Below, one piece after another: positions 1-9,690 of a DNA stretch of 64,000 nt. Position numbers and translations under genes: made by a program. The notes beneath the pieces were generated by a model. The model was not told where the DNA came from and searched no databases. It worked only from the letters and a program-made list of their open reading frames with translations. Positions within the stretch are counted from its first letter, which is position 1; each line of letters opens with the position of its first letter. The DNA lies in the NCBI GenBank assembly GCA_035627655.1, contig DASPLI010000001.1, positions 112,991 through 176,990 of the forward strand, given 5' to 3'. This DNA comes from Minisyncoccota bacterium. Lineage in GTDB: Bacteria; Patescibacteriota; Minisyncoccia; Phycocordibacterales; Phycocordibacteraceae.

Positions 1-955
1 GCATCGTGCGGAACTTATAGCACTTGATTCTGGTGCAGTTTTTCCCAAAGCGCGTCTGCTGAATAAATATCGGACCTTTGCCTTCAAAACGAAGTGCGAG
101 CGCGACAAACGGAAGCGCGACCAGCGTCACCAGTCCCATGAGCAGCCCGCCGACAATATCAGTTGCCCGCTTCATAACCGGATAGACGAAGGAGCTTGAG
201 AGCGAGACGTTCTTCAAGAACCACTCGTACTGAAGCAGAGAGAGCGGTACGCGGTCAAAGACTTCTTCGTACATGTCGTAAAAATCCGCAAGCGGGTAGC
301 GCGACTGGATGAAGGCCAGCTCGTAGATCTTCGGCAAGAGAGGTCGAAGCGCGTCGTCTTCCATATCAACGACTAGGAGCGAAATGTCCTCTTGTTTGAG
401 CTTAGCCGCAAAGCCGTCGATGTCGCTCGTCACCTCCGCAGGCGTTACCACTAGAGGAAACGAGATGCTGTATCGGGTGTTGCCATTTACTTCGCGCACC
501 AGATCCTCAACTTCAGGGCCAGCGCCAACGAGCGCCGCTCGCTCGCGCGAAAGCGGATGCGAGATTCCGGGGAAAATGTAGAGACGCCAGGCAAGAACAA
601 GCCCGAGCGAGATAAGCAGATACAGAAAGAGGTTGGTCTTCGGCGCAATGCCAATTCCTGGTACGAAGAAGAAGTAGAGCGCGGCAAGCACAATATTTGC
701 AAGCTGGGTGCGTAAAATGGCACCGAAGAGCGCTGTCTTAAAGAGAATGATCCGCTTGCCGTAGAGGCCGGACATGTAGAAAACCAGGAGCCAAAGGAAG
801 AACAGGGGCGCAAACGCCTCAATGTGCGTATTAAAGAGTGTCTCATCCGGGACCGTGGCATACCGGACTAGAAGGGTTAGCCAGAGGGAGGAGAAGAATA
901 TGACGACATCCCCGAGAAACAGGAGGGTGGTGCGGTATCGCGAGCCAAACGTCAT
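1..955 (-). CDS. Polyprenyl glycosylphosphotransferase (WcaJ/WbaP-like sugar transferase), truncated by window edge
   Basis: Manual translation from ATG at 955 (MTFGSRYRTTLLFLGDVVIFF...) gives N-terminal TM helices, then KRATDIVGG...GPIFIQQTRFGKN...YKFRTM, the bacterial sugar transferase signature. Not in the ORF track because it runs off the window. Confidence 0.9.
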   Translation of the reverse strand, partial: MTFGSRYRTTLLFLGDVVIFFSSLWLTLLVRYATVPDETLFNTHIEAFAPLFFLWLLVFYMSGLYGKRIILFKTALFGAILRTQLANIVLAALYFFFVPGIGIAPKTNLFLYLLISLGLVLAWRLYIFPGISHPLSRERAALVGAGPEVEDLVREVNGNTRYSISFPLVVTPAEVTSDIDGFAAKLKQEDISLLVVDMEDDALRPLLPKIYELAFIQSRYPLADFYDMYEEVFDRVPLSLLQYEWFLKNVSLSSSFVYPVMKRATDIVGGLLMGLVTLVALPFVALALRFEGKGPIFIQQTRFGKNCTRIKCYKFRTM

Positions 956-1013
956 GGGAAGCCAATAAGGCAGGGATGTTATATCATGGGGAGGACTGGC
1001 TTCCTAACTCCTT

Positions 1014-2189
1014 ATGACCGAACCCGCAAACGCGAAACGTGTCCTCTATGTCATAACCAAAGGAACCTGGGGCGGCGCTCAACGGTACGTCTTTGAGCTT
1101 GCGACTGCAGCAAAGGCCCGCGGATACAATGTCGCTGTTGCGTATGGCACCCCGGGACTCCTCGTGGATCGGCTTACGGCTGCAAACATTCGCACCCTAC
1201 CCCTTCCCGACGTTGAGCGAGACGTAACCATGTTTTCCGATGCGGAAGACGCGCTCCATCCAACATCCATACTCGACTCCATCAAAAGAGAGTACCGAGC
1301 ACTAAAACTCCTGATCACTCTTATTAAAGAAGAGCGTCCCGACGTACTCCACCTCAACAGCTCAAAGATTGGCGGGCTTGGCGCAGTTGCCGGAAGGCTT
1401 GCTCGCGTTTCATATATTGTATTCACTGCCCACGGCTGGGCCTTCAATGAGCGACGGCCGTGGTGGCAGAAAGTGCTTTTCCGCTTTTTCTATGCAGTAA
1501 CGCTGTGGTTCTCGCATGAAACGATCTGCGTATCAGAAGCAGTGCGCCGCGACATGGCCTGGCTTCCCTTTTCCAAACTTACCGTCGTCCGGCATGGCAT
1601 CGATGCGCCACAATTCCTCGAACAAGGAGCGGCTCGAGAAAAACTGTGGCCAGGACAACAGAAGGCCATCTGGCTTGGCATGCTGGCAGAGCTTCACCCC
1701 ACAAAACGCGTAGAGGACGCAATCGATGCGCTTGCCGAACTCCATAATCGGTTCCCTGAGCTCGTACTCATCGTGCTTGGCGAGGGAGAAAATCGAGTAA
1801 TGCTTGAGGAGCGTATTGCGCATTACAACCTTCAAGACCGCATACGGCTTGCCGGTTTTGTACCGGACGCAGCCAGCTATCTCAAAGCATTTGATTATTT
1901 CCTTATGCCCTCGCGCACAGAAGCGCTTGGGATCGCACTTATCGAAGCTGGTTATGCCGGACTGCCCGCCATCGCTGCGCGTGTTGGCGGTATGCCGGAA
2001 ATCGTACGCCACAAGGAGACTGGCATACTCGTACCAAAAGAGAATCCGCACGTGCTTGCACGAGCTATCCGTAAACTCCTTGAAAACCCAGACGATACCC
2101 GCTCCTACGCTGCTGCACTTGAAAAGAAGGTACGTGAACAGTTCTCTAAGGAGCGAATGCTTGAGGAAACGTTCCTGCTCTACCGTTAG
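1014..2189 (+). CDS. Glycosyltransferase family 4 (GT-B)
   Basis: GGAQRYV N-terminal motif, TAHGW, PSRTEALGIALIEAG and GGMPEIV motifs. Confidence 0.92.
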   Translation: MTEPANAKRVLYVITKGTWGGAQRYVFELATAAKARGYNVAVAYGTPGLLVDRLTAANIRTLPLPDVERDVTMFSDAEDALHPTSILDSIKREYRALKLLITLIKEERPDVLHLNSSKIGGLGAVAGRLARVSYIVFTAHGWAFNERRPWWQKVLFRFFYAVTLWFSHETICVSEAVRRDMAWLPFSKLTVVRHGIDAPQFLEQGAAREKLWPGQQKAIWLGMLAELHPTKRVEDAIDALAELHNRFPELVLIVLGEGENRVMLEERIAHYNLQDRIRLAGFVPDAASYLKAFDYFLMPSRTEALGIALIEAGYAGLPAIAARVGGMPEIVRHKETGILVPKENPHVLARAIRKLLENPDDTRSYAAALEKKVREQFSKERMLEETFLLYR

Positions 2190-3325
2190 GCACCGAGATA
2201 TTCCTGTCCTGCGGCCGTTCGCGGAGCGCTACGAGCATGGCGCGAGAGCGATACCACTATACCGAGCGCTGCAAACTCCGTAAGCAAATGTGATCCGCCA
2301 TAGCTCATGAATGGAATGGTGGTGCCGGTAACCGGGAGGAGACCCAGGTTGATGCCGGCATGAATGAATACGTGCGCTAGAAAAAGAAGTGCGACCCCGA
2401 CCGTAAAGAGAGCGTCGAAGTTTGTTGCCGCTCTTCGCGCAAGCGCCAAGAGCTGGAAGATCAAAAGACCATAGAGCAAGAGTGCGAGCGATACGCCAAT
2501 AAAACCCCACTCTTCCGCAAACGCTGCGAAAATAAAATCGGTCTCATATTCCGGCAAGAACCGGAGCTTCGATTGCGTGCCGTAACCGATTCCCTTTCCA
2601 AAGAGTTCACCGGAACCCGCCGCAACTACTGCCTGGTAGGCGTTGTAGCCAGCACCACGAATATCGGCAGCAGGGTTGAGGAACGCCACGATGCGCGTGC
2701 GCTGGTAGTCATGCAGCCCAAAAAACCAGAGCCCCGCAGCTGCGACCACACCGAGAATAAACACGATTGCCAGATGTTTTTTTGAGATACCAGAGACGAG
2801 CACCATGCCAAACCACACGAACGATAGGATCGCTGCCGTACCAAGGTCGGGCTGAATCAGGACGAGTCCGATGAGAAGTCCTGCATACAAACCGGAAAGT
2901 ATCAGATGCCGAACATGCCGTATTTCAATATGCCGCCGAGAAAAATACTTCGCCAAAAACGCGATCAACGCGAGCTTTGCAAGGTCTGCAGGCTGAAATG
3001 AGAACGCTCCGAACGTAAACCAGGACTTTGCTCCTTTGACGGGATCCGCAAAGATAAGCAGGAGGAGTAAGAGTCCTATAGCGCCTAAATACGCAACCAT
3101 GATGACGCTGGTGCGGCGCAGCACGTGCATGTCCGCAACCGCAAGCACGGCATACACAATCAATCCAACACCGATCCACAGGAGCTGTCGCGGAGCAAAG
3201 GACTCCACTTCCCCAAACGGATGCATCGTAAGCACACCAAGGAGCGCGAGCGCTACCGCCGGCAAGAGGTAGGGCCAGCCGGAGAGAAGCGTGCGCAGAG
3301 CGCCACCTCGCGCAAGCTCGCTCAT
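2186..3325 (-). CDS. rodA: SEDS family peptidoglycan polymerase RodA
   Basis: GAKSW, FQPADLAK, QPDLGT, LPEYETDFIFA, EEWGF and PFMSYGGS motifs with ~10 TM helices. Confidence 0.9.
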   Translation of the reverse strand: MSELARGGALRTLLSGWPYLLPAVALALLGVLTMHPFGEVESFAPRQLLWIGVGLIVYAVLAVADMHVLRRTSVIMVAYLGAIGLLLLLLIFADPVKGAKSWFTFGAFSFQPADLAKLALIAFLAKYFSRRHIEIRHVRHLILSGLYAGLLIGLVLIQPDLGTAAILSFVWFGMVLVSGISKKHLAIVFILGVVAAAGLWFFGLHDYQRTRIVAFLNPAADIRGAGYNAYQAVVAAGSGELFGKGIGYGTQSKLRFLPEYETDFIFAAFAEEWGFIGVSLALLLYGLLIFQLLALARRAATNFDALFTVGVALLFLAHVFIHAGINLGLLPVTGTTIPFMSYGGSHLLTEFAALGIVVSLSRHARSAPRTAAGQEYLGA

Positions 3326-4086
3326 GGAAGTTCGTAAACGGGGGTTATGTCTATACGTGCTGGCGCCTCCCGGAACGGCGTATTCCAGGTAAACACGAGC
3401 GGTGCCTCTCCCTGCGCTGGCAGAGATGCGACCAGCGTCTGCGATGCTGCCATGGCGTTCCCGCTCGTATCAAAGACCGTGGCAACGACCTTCACGTTTC
3501 GATACGCATGTACTGAAGGATTATTAAGTATCGCCGTTACCCGAGGAGATTCTTCTAAGTTTGCGGTTGTGATGTCTTCAACCGTAAAGAGGTCAAGTTC
3601 ACCATCCTCAATTTCGTACCAGCGAAACGATGCCTCATCAAAGGTAAGGAAAGACTGGCGAACGAACTGGCCGGCTGAGAGTGCGTTTGGAATAAAAATG
3701 GGAACGTTCGCCGCGGGCGGCAGATCCACCCTTCCTGAAGTAGAGCCCACCGGCGTACCGTTCTCTCCTAAGAATTCAATTTCATATCGAACATCTTTTG
3801 CAGCGGCAAAAGGATTTGGATTCTTAATGTAGGCAATGATATCGAGCCGTCCGCCCTGCTGCGGCAACTCGCGCACAAAAGAAACGACGGGCGGCACGAC
3901 AGAGGGCGTACATAACAGCGCGCATGAACCGCCACAATCGATACCCTCTTCGTCCTGATTCTGCTTTCCGTCGCTGCAGGATGGTGGGTTATAGAACGTA
4001 GCAATCAAAAAGCCGGCGATAACCAGCACCGCAGCGCCAACCAGAAGAAGGACGATAAATGTCCGTCGTGATGATGCCCAGGACAT
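3322..4086 (-). CDS. Membrane-anchored hypothetical protein with Cys-rich CSDGKQNQDEEGIDCGGSC motif and Ig-like domains
   Basis: Start reassigned to ATG 4086 (MSWASSRR), 7 nt after TATACT. One TM helix follows. Confidence 0.75.
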   Translation of the reverse strand: MSWASSRRTFIVLLLVGAAVLVIAGFLIATFYNPPSCSDGKQNQDEEGIDCGGSCALLCTPSVVPPVVSFVRELPQQGGRLDIIAYIKNPNPFAAAKDVRYEIEFLGENGTPVGSTSGRVDLPPAANVPIFIPNALSAGQFVRQSFLTFDEASFRWYEIEDGELDLFTVEDITTANLEESPRVTAILNNPSVHAYRNVKVVATVFDTSGNAMAASQTLVASLPAQGEAPLVFTWNTPFREAPARIDITPVYELP

Positions 4087-4138
4087 GGCACTGAGTATAA
4101 CAAGAAAGGCCCGCATCTGAAGACGCAGGCCTTTTCGT

Positions 4139-4342
4139 TCAAGGAATGAGCGAACCGAGCGCAAAAAGCGCAACGAGAGCCACCACAACAAGCAGTAGAT
4201 CTTTTCCTCGTGCCGCGTCCATCTTCTTCGCAACATACTCGGACTCGGAGAGGTCGCCTCGCTCTGCCGGCGTAAGCCGGTAGAACTCGTCTCGGAGTTC
4301 TTCGCGCTCCAGATAACGGCGTTCACGTATGGATTCAAACAT
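4139..4342 (-). CDS. Small C-terminally anchored membrane protein (67 aa)
   Basis: GGGAGG Shine-Dalgarno before ATG 4342, hydrophobic C-terminus, and downstream hairpin AAAAGGCCTG...CGGGCCTTTC. Confidence 0.6.
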   Translation of the reverse strand: MFESIRERRYLEREELRDEFYRLTPAERGDLSESEYVAKKMDAARGKDLLLVVVALVALFALGSLIP

Positions 4343-4655
4343 TGTTTCCTCCCGTTCTGGCTGCGACTGTAGCATAAAAGAATGTGAAAGGCCCGGATCA
4401 AAAGATCCGGGCCACGCACCGCCGAAGCACTACGCTCTTCCCGAAGGAACGAGCAATACTGGGCGGTGCCACACAATACCACACAAAAAAAGAAAGAACG
4501 GAGAGGTCATCTGGATACCTCCGCAGGACCTCCTGATCCTGGTTCGTTGGCAGGTGTTGCTCCGGTTATTCGCCGGCACCTTGCGGGCCCGCATACCAGC
4601 AACCTCTCCTGCCCGAAAAGATAGCAGGTCTGTCTTTAAAAGCAAACACGCCCAG

Positions 4656-4767
<112 letters not shown>

Positions 4768-5136
4768 CTAGGCGCGTTACGCTCTAGAACAACAAATGCA
4801 TAGGTATAGAAAACACAGAACAGATTGTGACATTCACGATTCCGCACAGAAAACTGGACATATTAGTACTCCTCGGCTGAACGCATTGCTGCGTGTGCAC
4901 CTAGAGCCTATCAACGTAGTAGTCTGCTACGAGTCTCATAACGATTCCTAATCTTGGAGCGAGTTTCCCGCTTATATGCTTTCAGCAGTTATCTCAACCC
5001 GACATAGCTACCCAGCAATGCTCTTGGCAGAACAGCTGGTAGACCAGAGGTCAGTTCACCCCGGTCCTCTCGTACTAGGGGCAAGCCTCCGCAAGAATCA
5101 ACGCCTGTAGTAGATAGGAGACCAACCTGTCTCACG

Positions 5137-5493
5137 CACCATGTTATTTGTGTACTCCGGTTGCTCGGAGGGTCGGACTATAGCTTCGCGAGTTCTTCGC
5201 GACTGACGTTTAGTCTCTACGGGCGCTTTCGCTTCCCTCGGAATCATCCTGTTCCTTGCAGGACTTTTCCGATACGAGTCAGTTCAATCCTATATATCCC
5301 TATATAGGACCGCCGTGATGTGTTGGTTCCTTTGATCTCGCAAAATGCTTTGAACGCGAGTCAAAATCTTATTGTGTTAGTTCTTAGCTAACACATATAT
5401 AGACGAAAAAACATTTATTAGGGATTCTGATAACAATAAACTCAATGGGATTCAGACGGTGAGGGCCTCGATTCCGAAGAATCAAGAACCCTC
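5137..5493 (-). mobile_element. Group I intron (357 nt, no ORF) in 23S at the E. coli L2593-equivalent site
   Basis: Interrupts GGGTTCAGACCGT|CGTGAGACAG. The 5' exon ends in U and the intron ends in G. Core elements: P3 CTGAC/GTCAG, P4 TCGGAA/TTCCGA, R element GTAGAGACTA, S element AAGCTATAGTCC, and IGS TCACG-GCGGTC at 5308-5318. Confidence 0.92.
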
Positions 5494-6887
5494 ACGGTCT
5501 GAACCCAGCTCGCGTACCTTTTTAATTGGCGAACAGCCAAACGCTTGGGACCTTCTCCAGCCCCGCGCTAAGGTGAGCCGACATCGAGGTGCCGAACTCC
5601 GCCGTCGCTATGGACGCTTGGGCGGAACTAGCCTGTTATCCCCAGGGTAACTTTTATCCGTTAATCTCTGGCCGCATCTAAGGCGGACCATCGGTTCACT
5701 ATGCTCTGCTTTCGCATCTGCTCGGCATGTACGCCTCGCAGTTAAGCCCTCTTATGCCATTACACTATCGGCACGGTTTCCATTCGCGCCTAGAGGACCT
5801 TAATAGACTCCTCCGTTACTTTTTAGGAGGATAGCGCCCCACCAAAACTACCCGCCACGCACTGTCCCGCCGTAGTTCTATACGGAGGTTAGGAACTGCA
5901 CACTTGAAGAGTGGTATTTCACTGGCGACTCCACGTTCCCCGAAAGGAACGCTTCAAAGTCTCCCACCTATGCTACGCATCAAGCACGCAGCCCCAATAC
6001 GAAGCTGTAGTAAAGCTCCTGGGGTCTTTTCGTCTAACTACAGGTAACCGGCATCTTCACCGGTAGTGCATTTTCACCAAGCGAGTCCTCGAGACAGTTC
6101 CCCAGTCATTACACCATTCGTGCACGTCTGAACTTACCAGACAAGGAATTACGCTACCTTAGGACGATTATAGTTATCGCCGACATTCACCGGGGCTTAT
6201 ATGGCCTAGCCAACAATCCGAAGACCGTTGACCGTCCATGCTTGACCTTCCGGCATTGGTCAGGTGTCACCCCCTATACATCCTCTTACGAGTTCGCAGG
6301 GAGCTGTGTTTTTGGTAAACAGTTGCCAGGGAGTCTTTCGCTGCGGCCCGTATTGCTACGGGCAGGCCTTATTGCGAACGTACGGCCGCTATTTTGCCGA
6401 GTTCCTTGAGGACCTCTCACTTGTTCGTCTTGGTCTTCTCGACCTGAGCACCTGTGTCGGTTTGCGGTACGGGCGTCATATGTTGAAGCTTAGAAGATTT
6501 TCTTGGAACCGCGCTCTCTCTGCTCCTCCCCTCCGAAGAAGGAAATTGCCGCTTCGCTCGGAGTAATGCCTACCGGATTTCCCTAGTAGACCTCCTCACT
6601 AACGGACCCCAATCCAATAAGGGGCCAAAAATACAGCAGTCCGTCTCTCCATCGCACATATGATCGGTCACGGAATATTAACCGTGTGTCCATCGGGTGC
6701 GGCTTTCGCCATCCCCTTAGGCCCGACTAACCCGAAGATGATCACCATTGCTTCGGAAACCTTGCTCTTTCGACGTGCGGGGTTCTCACCCGCATTGTGG
6801 TTACTTGTACCTGCATTCTCACTTCGCAACGCTCCAGTATGGGTCACCCCTTTACCTTCATCGCAGATGCGAACGCTCTCCTACCGC

Positions 6888-7169
6888 TTGCACGCTTCAT
6901 AGAGGGCGCGAATCTTGTTCGCGCAAAATGTTCATGGTGCCGGGGGCTGGAGTCGAACCAGCGACCTCCCAGGGTTTTAGACCAAGGCGCTCTACCTGCT
7001 GAGCTACCCCCGCAACCATAAACCGACCGGGTGCGAGGGTCGGACATCTGCCGACCCTCGCAGCTAACGTATACCAATCACCTTGCGGTAACGGACGACA
7101 TTAGCAACGCCACATATGGGCGTCCTCGGTATTTTGAGAGTATTTTTCAACCCTCTATGAAACGTGCAA
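6888..7169 (-). other. Intervening sequence in 23S helix 45, closed by a 19-bp stem
   Basis: Lies between GGTAGGAGAGCGTTC and CCGAAACTGCGG flanks. Terminal stem TTGCACGTTTCATAGAGGG/CCCTCTATGAAGCGTGCAA is typical of RNase III-excised IVSs. Confidence 0.85.
6935..7013 (-). tRNA. tRNA-like cloverleaf inside the 23S IVS, identity unresolved (anticodon region GGTCTAAAACC)
   Basis: GCGGGGG-TA-GCTC-AGCAGGTA-GAGC-G-[CCTTGGTCTAAAACCCTGGG]-AGGTC-GCTGG-TTCGACT-CCAGC-CCCCGGC-A-CCA. D and T arms are canonical. There is a G3:G70 mismatch and the anticodon arm is 3 nt too long. Confidence 0.75.
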
Positions 7170-7850
7170 ACCCGCAGTTTCGGCACTACGCTTAACCCCG
7201 ATTATCTTCGGCGCACGGACCCTCGATGAGTGAGCTGTTACGCTTTCTTTAAATGGTGGCTGCTTCTAAGCCAACATCCTCATTGTCAAAGGATCCGCAC
7301 TTCCTTGTGGATATACTCAGCGTAGATTTTGGGGCCTTAACTGGCGATCTAGGCTCTTCCCTTCTCGACCGATGGAGCTTCGCCCCCATGGTCTAACTGC
7401 CGTGCTGTAACTTCCGGTATTCGGAGGTTGATAGGAACAACGAGATTTCTCCCTGTTTGTCCCTTCCAGTGCTCTACCCCCGGAAGGATCACACGACGCC
7501 AGCCCAAAAGCTGTTTCGGAGAGAACCAGCTATTACAGTGTTCGATTAGCTTTTCACTCCTTACCACAAGTCATCCCAAGGCGTTGTACGACCAACGGGT
7601 TCGGGCCTCCATGTGGATTTCTCCACACTTCACCCTGCTCATGGCAAGCTCACACTGCTTCGGGTCGTATATATGCCACCGGCGCGCTATTCACACTCGG
7701 TTTCCCTATGGCTCCACCCAGTAACGGGCTTAGCCGAAGCGACATATATACACTCGCAGGCTCATTCTTCAATAGGCACGCTAGGATGGACCGGAGCCCA
7801 CCCTAACCCTTTGTAAGTACACGGTTTCAGTTCTATTTCACTCCCCTCTC

Positions 7851-7884
<34 letters not shown>

Positions 7885-8165
7885 TCACTATCGGTCTTAT
7901 GAGATATTTAGCCTTACCGGTTAGTTCCGGCAGATTCACCCGGGCTATTCGTGTCCCGAGCTACTCAAGAACAGAAGCACATAAGTCGTCATACATTTCG
8001 TATACGGGGCCATTACCCTCTGGGGCGCTGCTTCCCAGCAGCTTCTACTATGTAGACGTTTTGTAACTCATGCCATACAAGTATGGCGCTTCTGCCTTAC
8101 AACCCCTACTGACGAATCAATAGGTTTGGGCTTCTCCCGTTTCGCTCGCCGCTACTTAGGGAATC

Positions 8166-8219
8166 GCGAGAGTTGTTTTCCATTCGTACGAGCATACGCA
8201 CGAACGGAAAACAACTCGC
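8166..8219 (-). other. ~50-nt hairpin insertion in 23S domain I (near E. coli ~225-230)
   Basis: GAGTTGTTTTCC...GGAAAACAACTC stem replaces the short segment between the conserved AGAAA and GATTCCC...AGTAGCGGCG motifs. Confidence 0.7.
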
Positions 8220-8656
8220 TTTTGTTTTCTATTCCTCCAGGTACTGAGATGTTTCACTTCCCTGGGTTCGCTCCTTCTCCATACGGAGTAAGGTGATCCT
8301 TTCTGGATCGGGTTTCCCCATTCGGACATCTCCGGATCACAGGCTATAAGCCGCCTCCCCGGAGCATTTCGCAGGCTAATCACGTCCTTCATCGCTCTCA
8401 TAAGCCTAGGCATCCACCGTGCACCCTTCAGTGTTTCCTGTGCGGAAACCTGAATCCCACAATCTTTTCTGTGTTTGCACTTCTCCTCACGTTCTTGCGA
8501 AACGTGAGTCGATTACCTATGCATGTTGTCAAAGTTCTGTGTCCCTTCAAACGAAAACCGCCCCTCGGGGCGGTGTTCGTGTTTGCACACGAGGCCTTAG
8601 GGCCGTACCCGCTCCGATAAATAAGTGGTGTTCGTAGTGATAGACACGTAGGGGCT

Positions 8657-8685
8657 AGTCTATAGGAGCGGAAGAGGCATGTCAA
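8657..8685 (-). promoter_or_regulatory. Sigma70 promoter of the 23S-5S operon
   Basis: TTGACA-17 nt-TAGACT. Downstream are a boxA-like AACTTTGACAAC and processing-stem arms complementary to 4797-4836. Confidence 0.85.
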
Positions 8686-8755
8686 GCGACCTGAAACGGC
8701 CTAGGTACGGGCCAAAAGCGAAAAGACGGCCACCCTCAAGGTGACCGTCTTAAAG

Positions 8756-9550
8756 TTAGGTTCTGCGTGCCTGTTTTATGAGATTTGCCGCCTCGCGCAA
8801 ATAGACCGCGGCCGAGCTCCAGTCGATCGGATCGAGCGCGCTGCCGCTAGGGCGAAGCTTGCTCTGCGCATCGAGACTCACGTCTGGCAAATCCCGGATG
8901 ATCGGGGCGGCCAGATCCATGGATGTGGGTCCGAGCCCGCCAGCAACCGCGACCGCAAGTTCGGGGGTTGCTTCGATCGACTTCCAAATGTGACTCATGA
9001 GTCGGGTCGCCTCAAGCGGCTTCCCCTTCCCCATCGAGAGATCGAAGAGCGCGTAGTCGAGACAGTTGATGCGACGATAGTGCGTCAGCTGCTCGGCGAC
9101 TTTTGCTGGATTGCCGTCGCATTGTTCGATCGCCTTTTCGTTCACCTGCAAGATGAACTTTACACGCTGACCAAACACGGACTTCTTCACGTCCTCGAGC
9201 ATCTGCAGACTTGGCCAGATCATATCGAGCTGAACAGCATCGACACCTGGACCGGCCCACTGAATCGCTTCAATGAGATCGTTCGCGGTCGTCTCGCCGT
9301 CATAGTCGGCGTAGTGGAGCACGTTGAGTACCCCTTCGCGCTGGACAAAAATATCCGCGATCGCCTCTTTGGGCGGCCACGCTTTTGCCCACTTGGTCTC
9401 AAGACCCTTGAGCGTCTTGTAGCTCATCATGACGCCGACACCGAGCAGGTGTCTGCACCCGGCCTTATTGAGGACCGTGCGCATGATCACCACCTGGTTC
9501 ACGTGTGTGAAGTCGGTGATCCCGATGTACGGGAGATTGAGGTTATGCAT
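8756..9550 (-). CDS. TrpF (PRAI)-like TIM-barrel protein
   Basis: GGAGG SD before ATG 9550. Motifs DAVQL, LFDLSMGKG, VAGGLGP and LDAQSKLR echo PRAI strand and phosphate-binding motifs. Confidence 0.65.
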   Translation of the reverse strand: MHNLNLPYIGITDFTHVNQVVIMRTVLNKAGCRHLLGVGVMMSYKTLKGLETKWAKAWPPKEAIADIFVQREGVLNVLHYADYDGETTANDLIEAIQWAGPGVDAVQLDMIWPSLQMLEDVKKSVFGQRVKFILQVNEKAIEQCDGNPAKVAEQLTHYRRINCLDYALFDLSMGKGKPLEATRLMSHIWKSIEATPELAVAVAGGLGPTSMDLAAPIIRDLPDVSLDAQSKLRPSGSALDPIDWSSAAVYLREAANLIKQARRT

Positions 9551-9690
9551 TCCTTCCTCCAAGAGAACAGTACCCCGCGGCACTGTACCGGTGCTGTGCC
9601 AGAAACGCAAAGGTTACTTATTTAGACATTTTGTGTGTAAGCAAAAAGCGCCCGAAGGCGCTCTTTGCTTCCCGAGTGGGAGAGAAGAAC

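Noticed and set aside
6935-7013. Pyrrolysine tRNA or amber recoding of the genome
   Set aside because: The D and T loops are canonical, unlike tRNA-Pyl. No pyl genes are in the window, and TAG ends conserved genes at expected lengths (ruvA, tatD, yielding full-length proteins).
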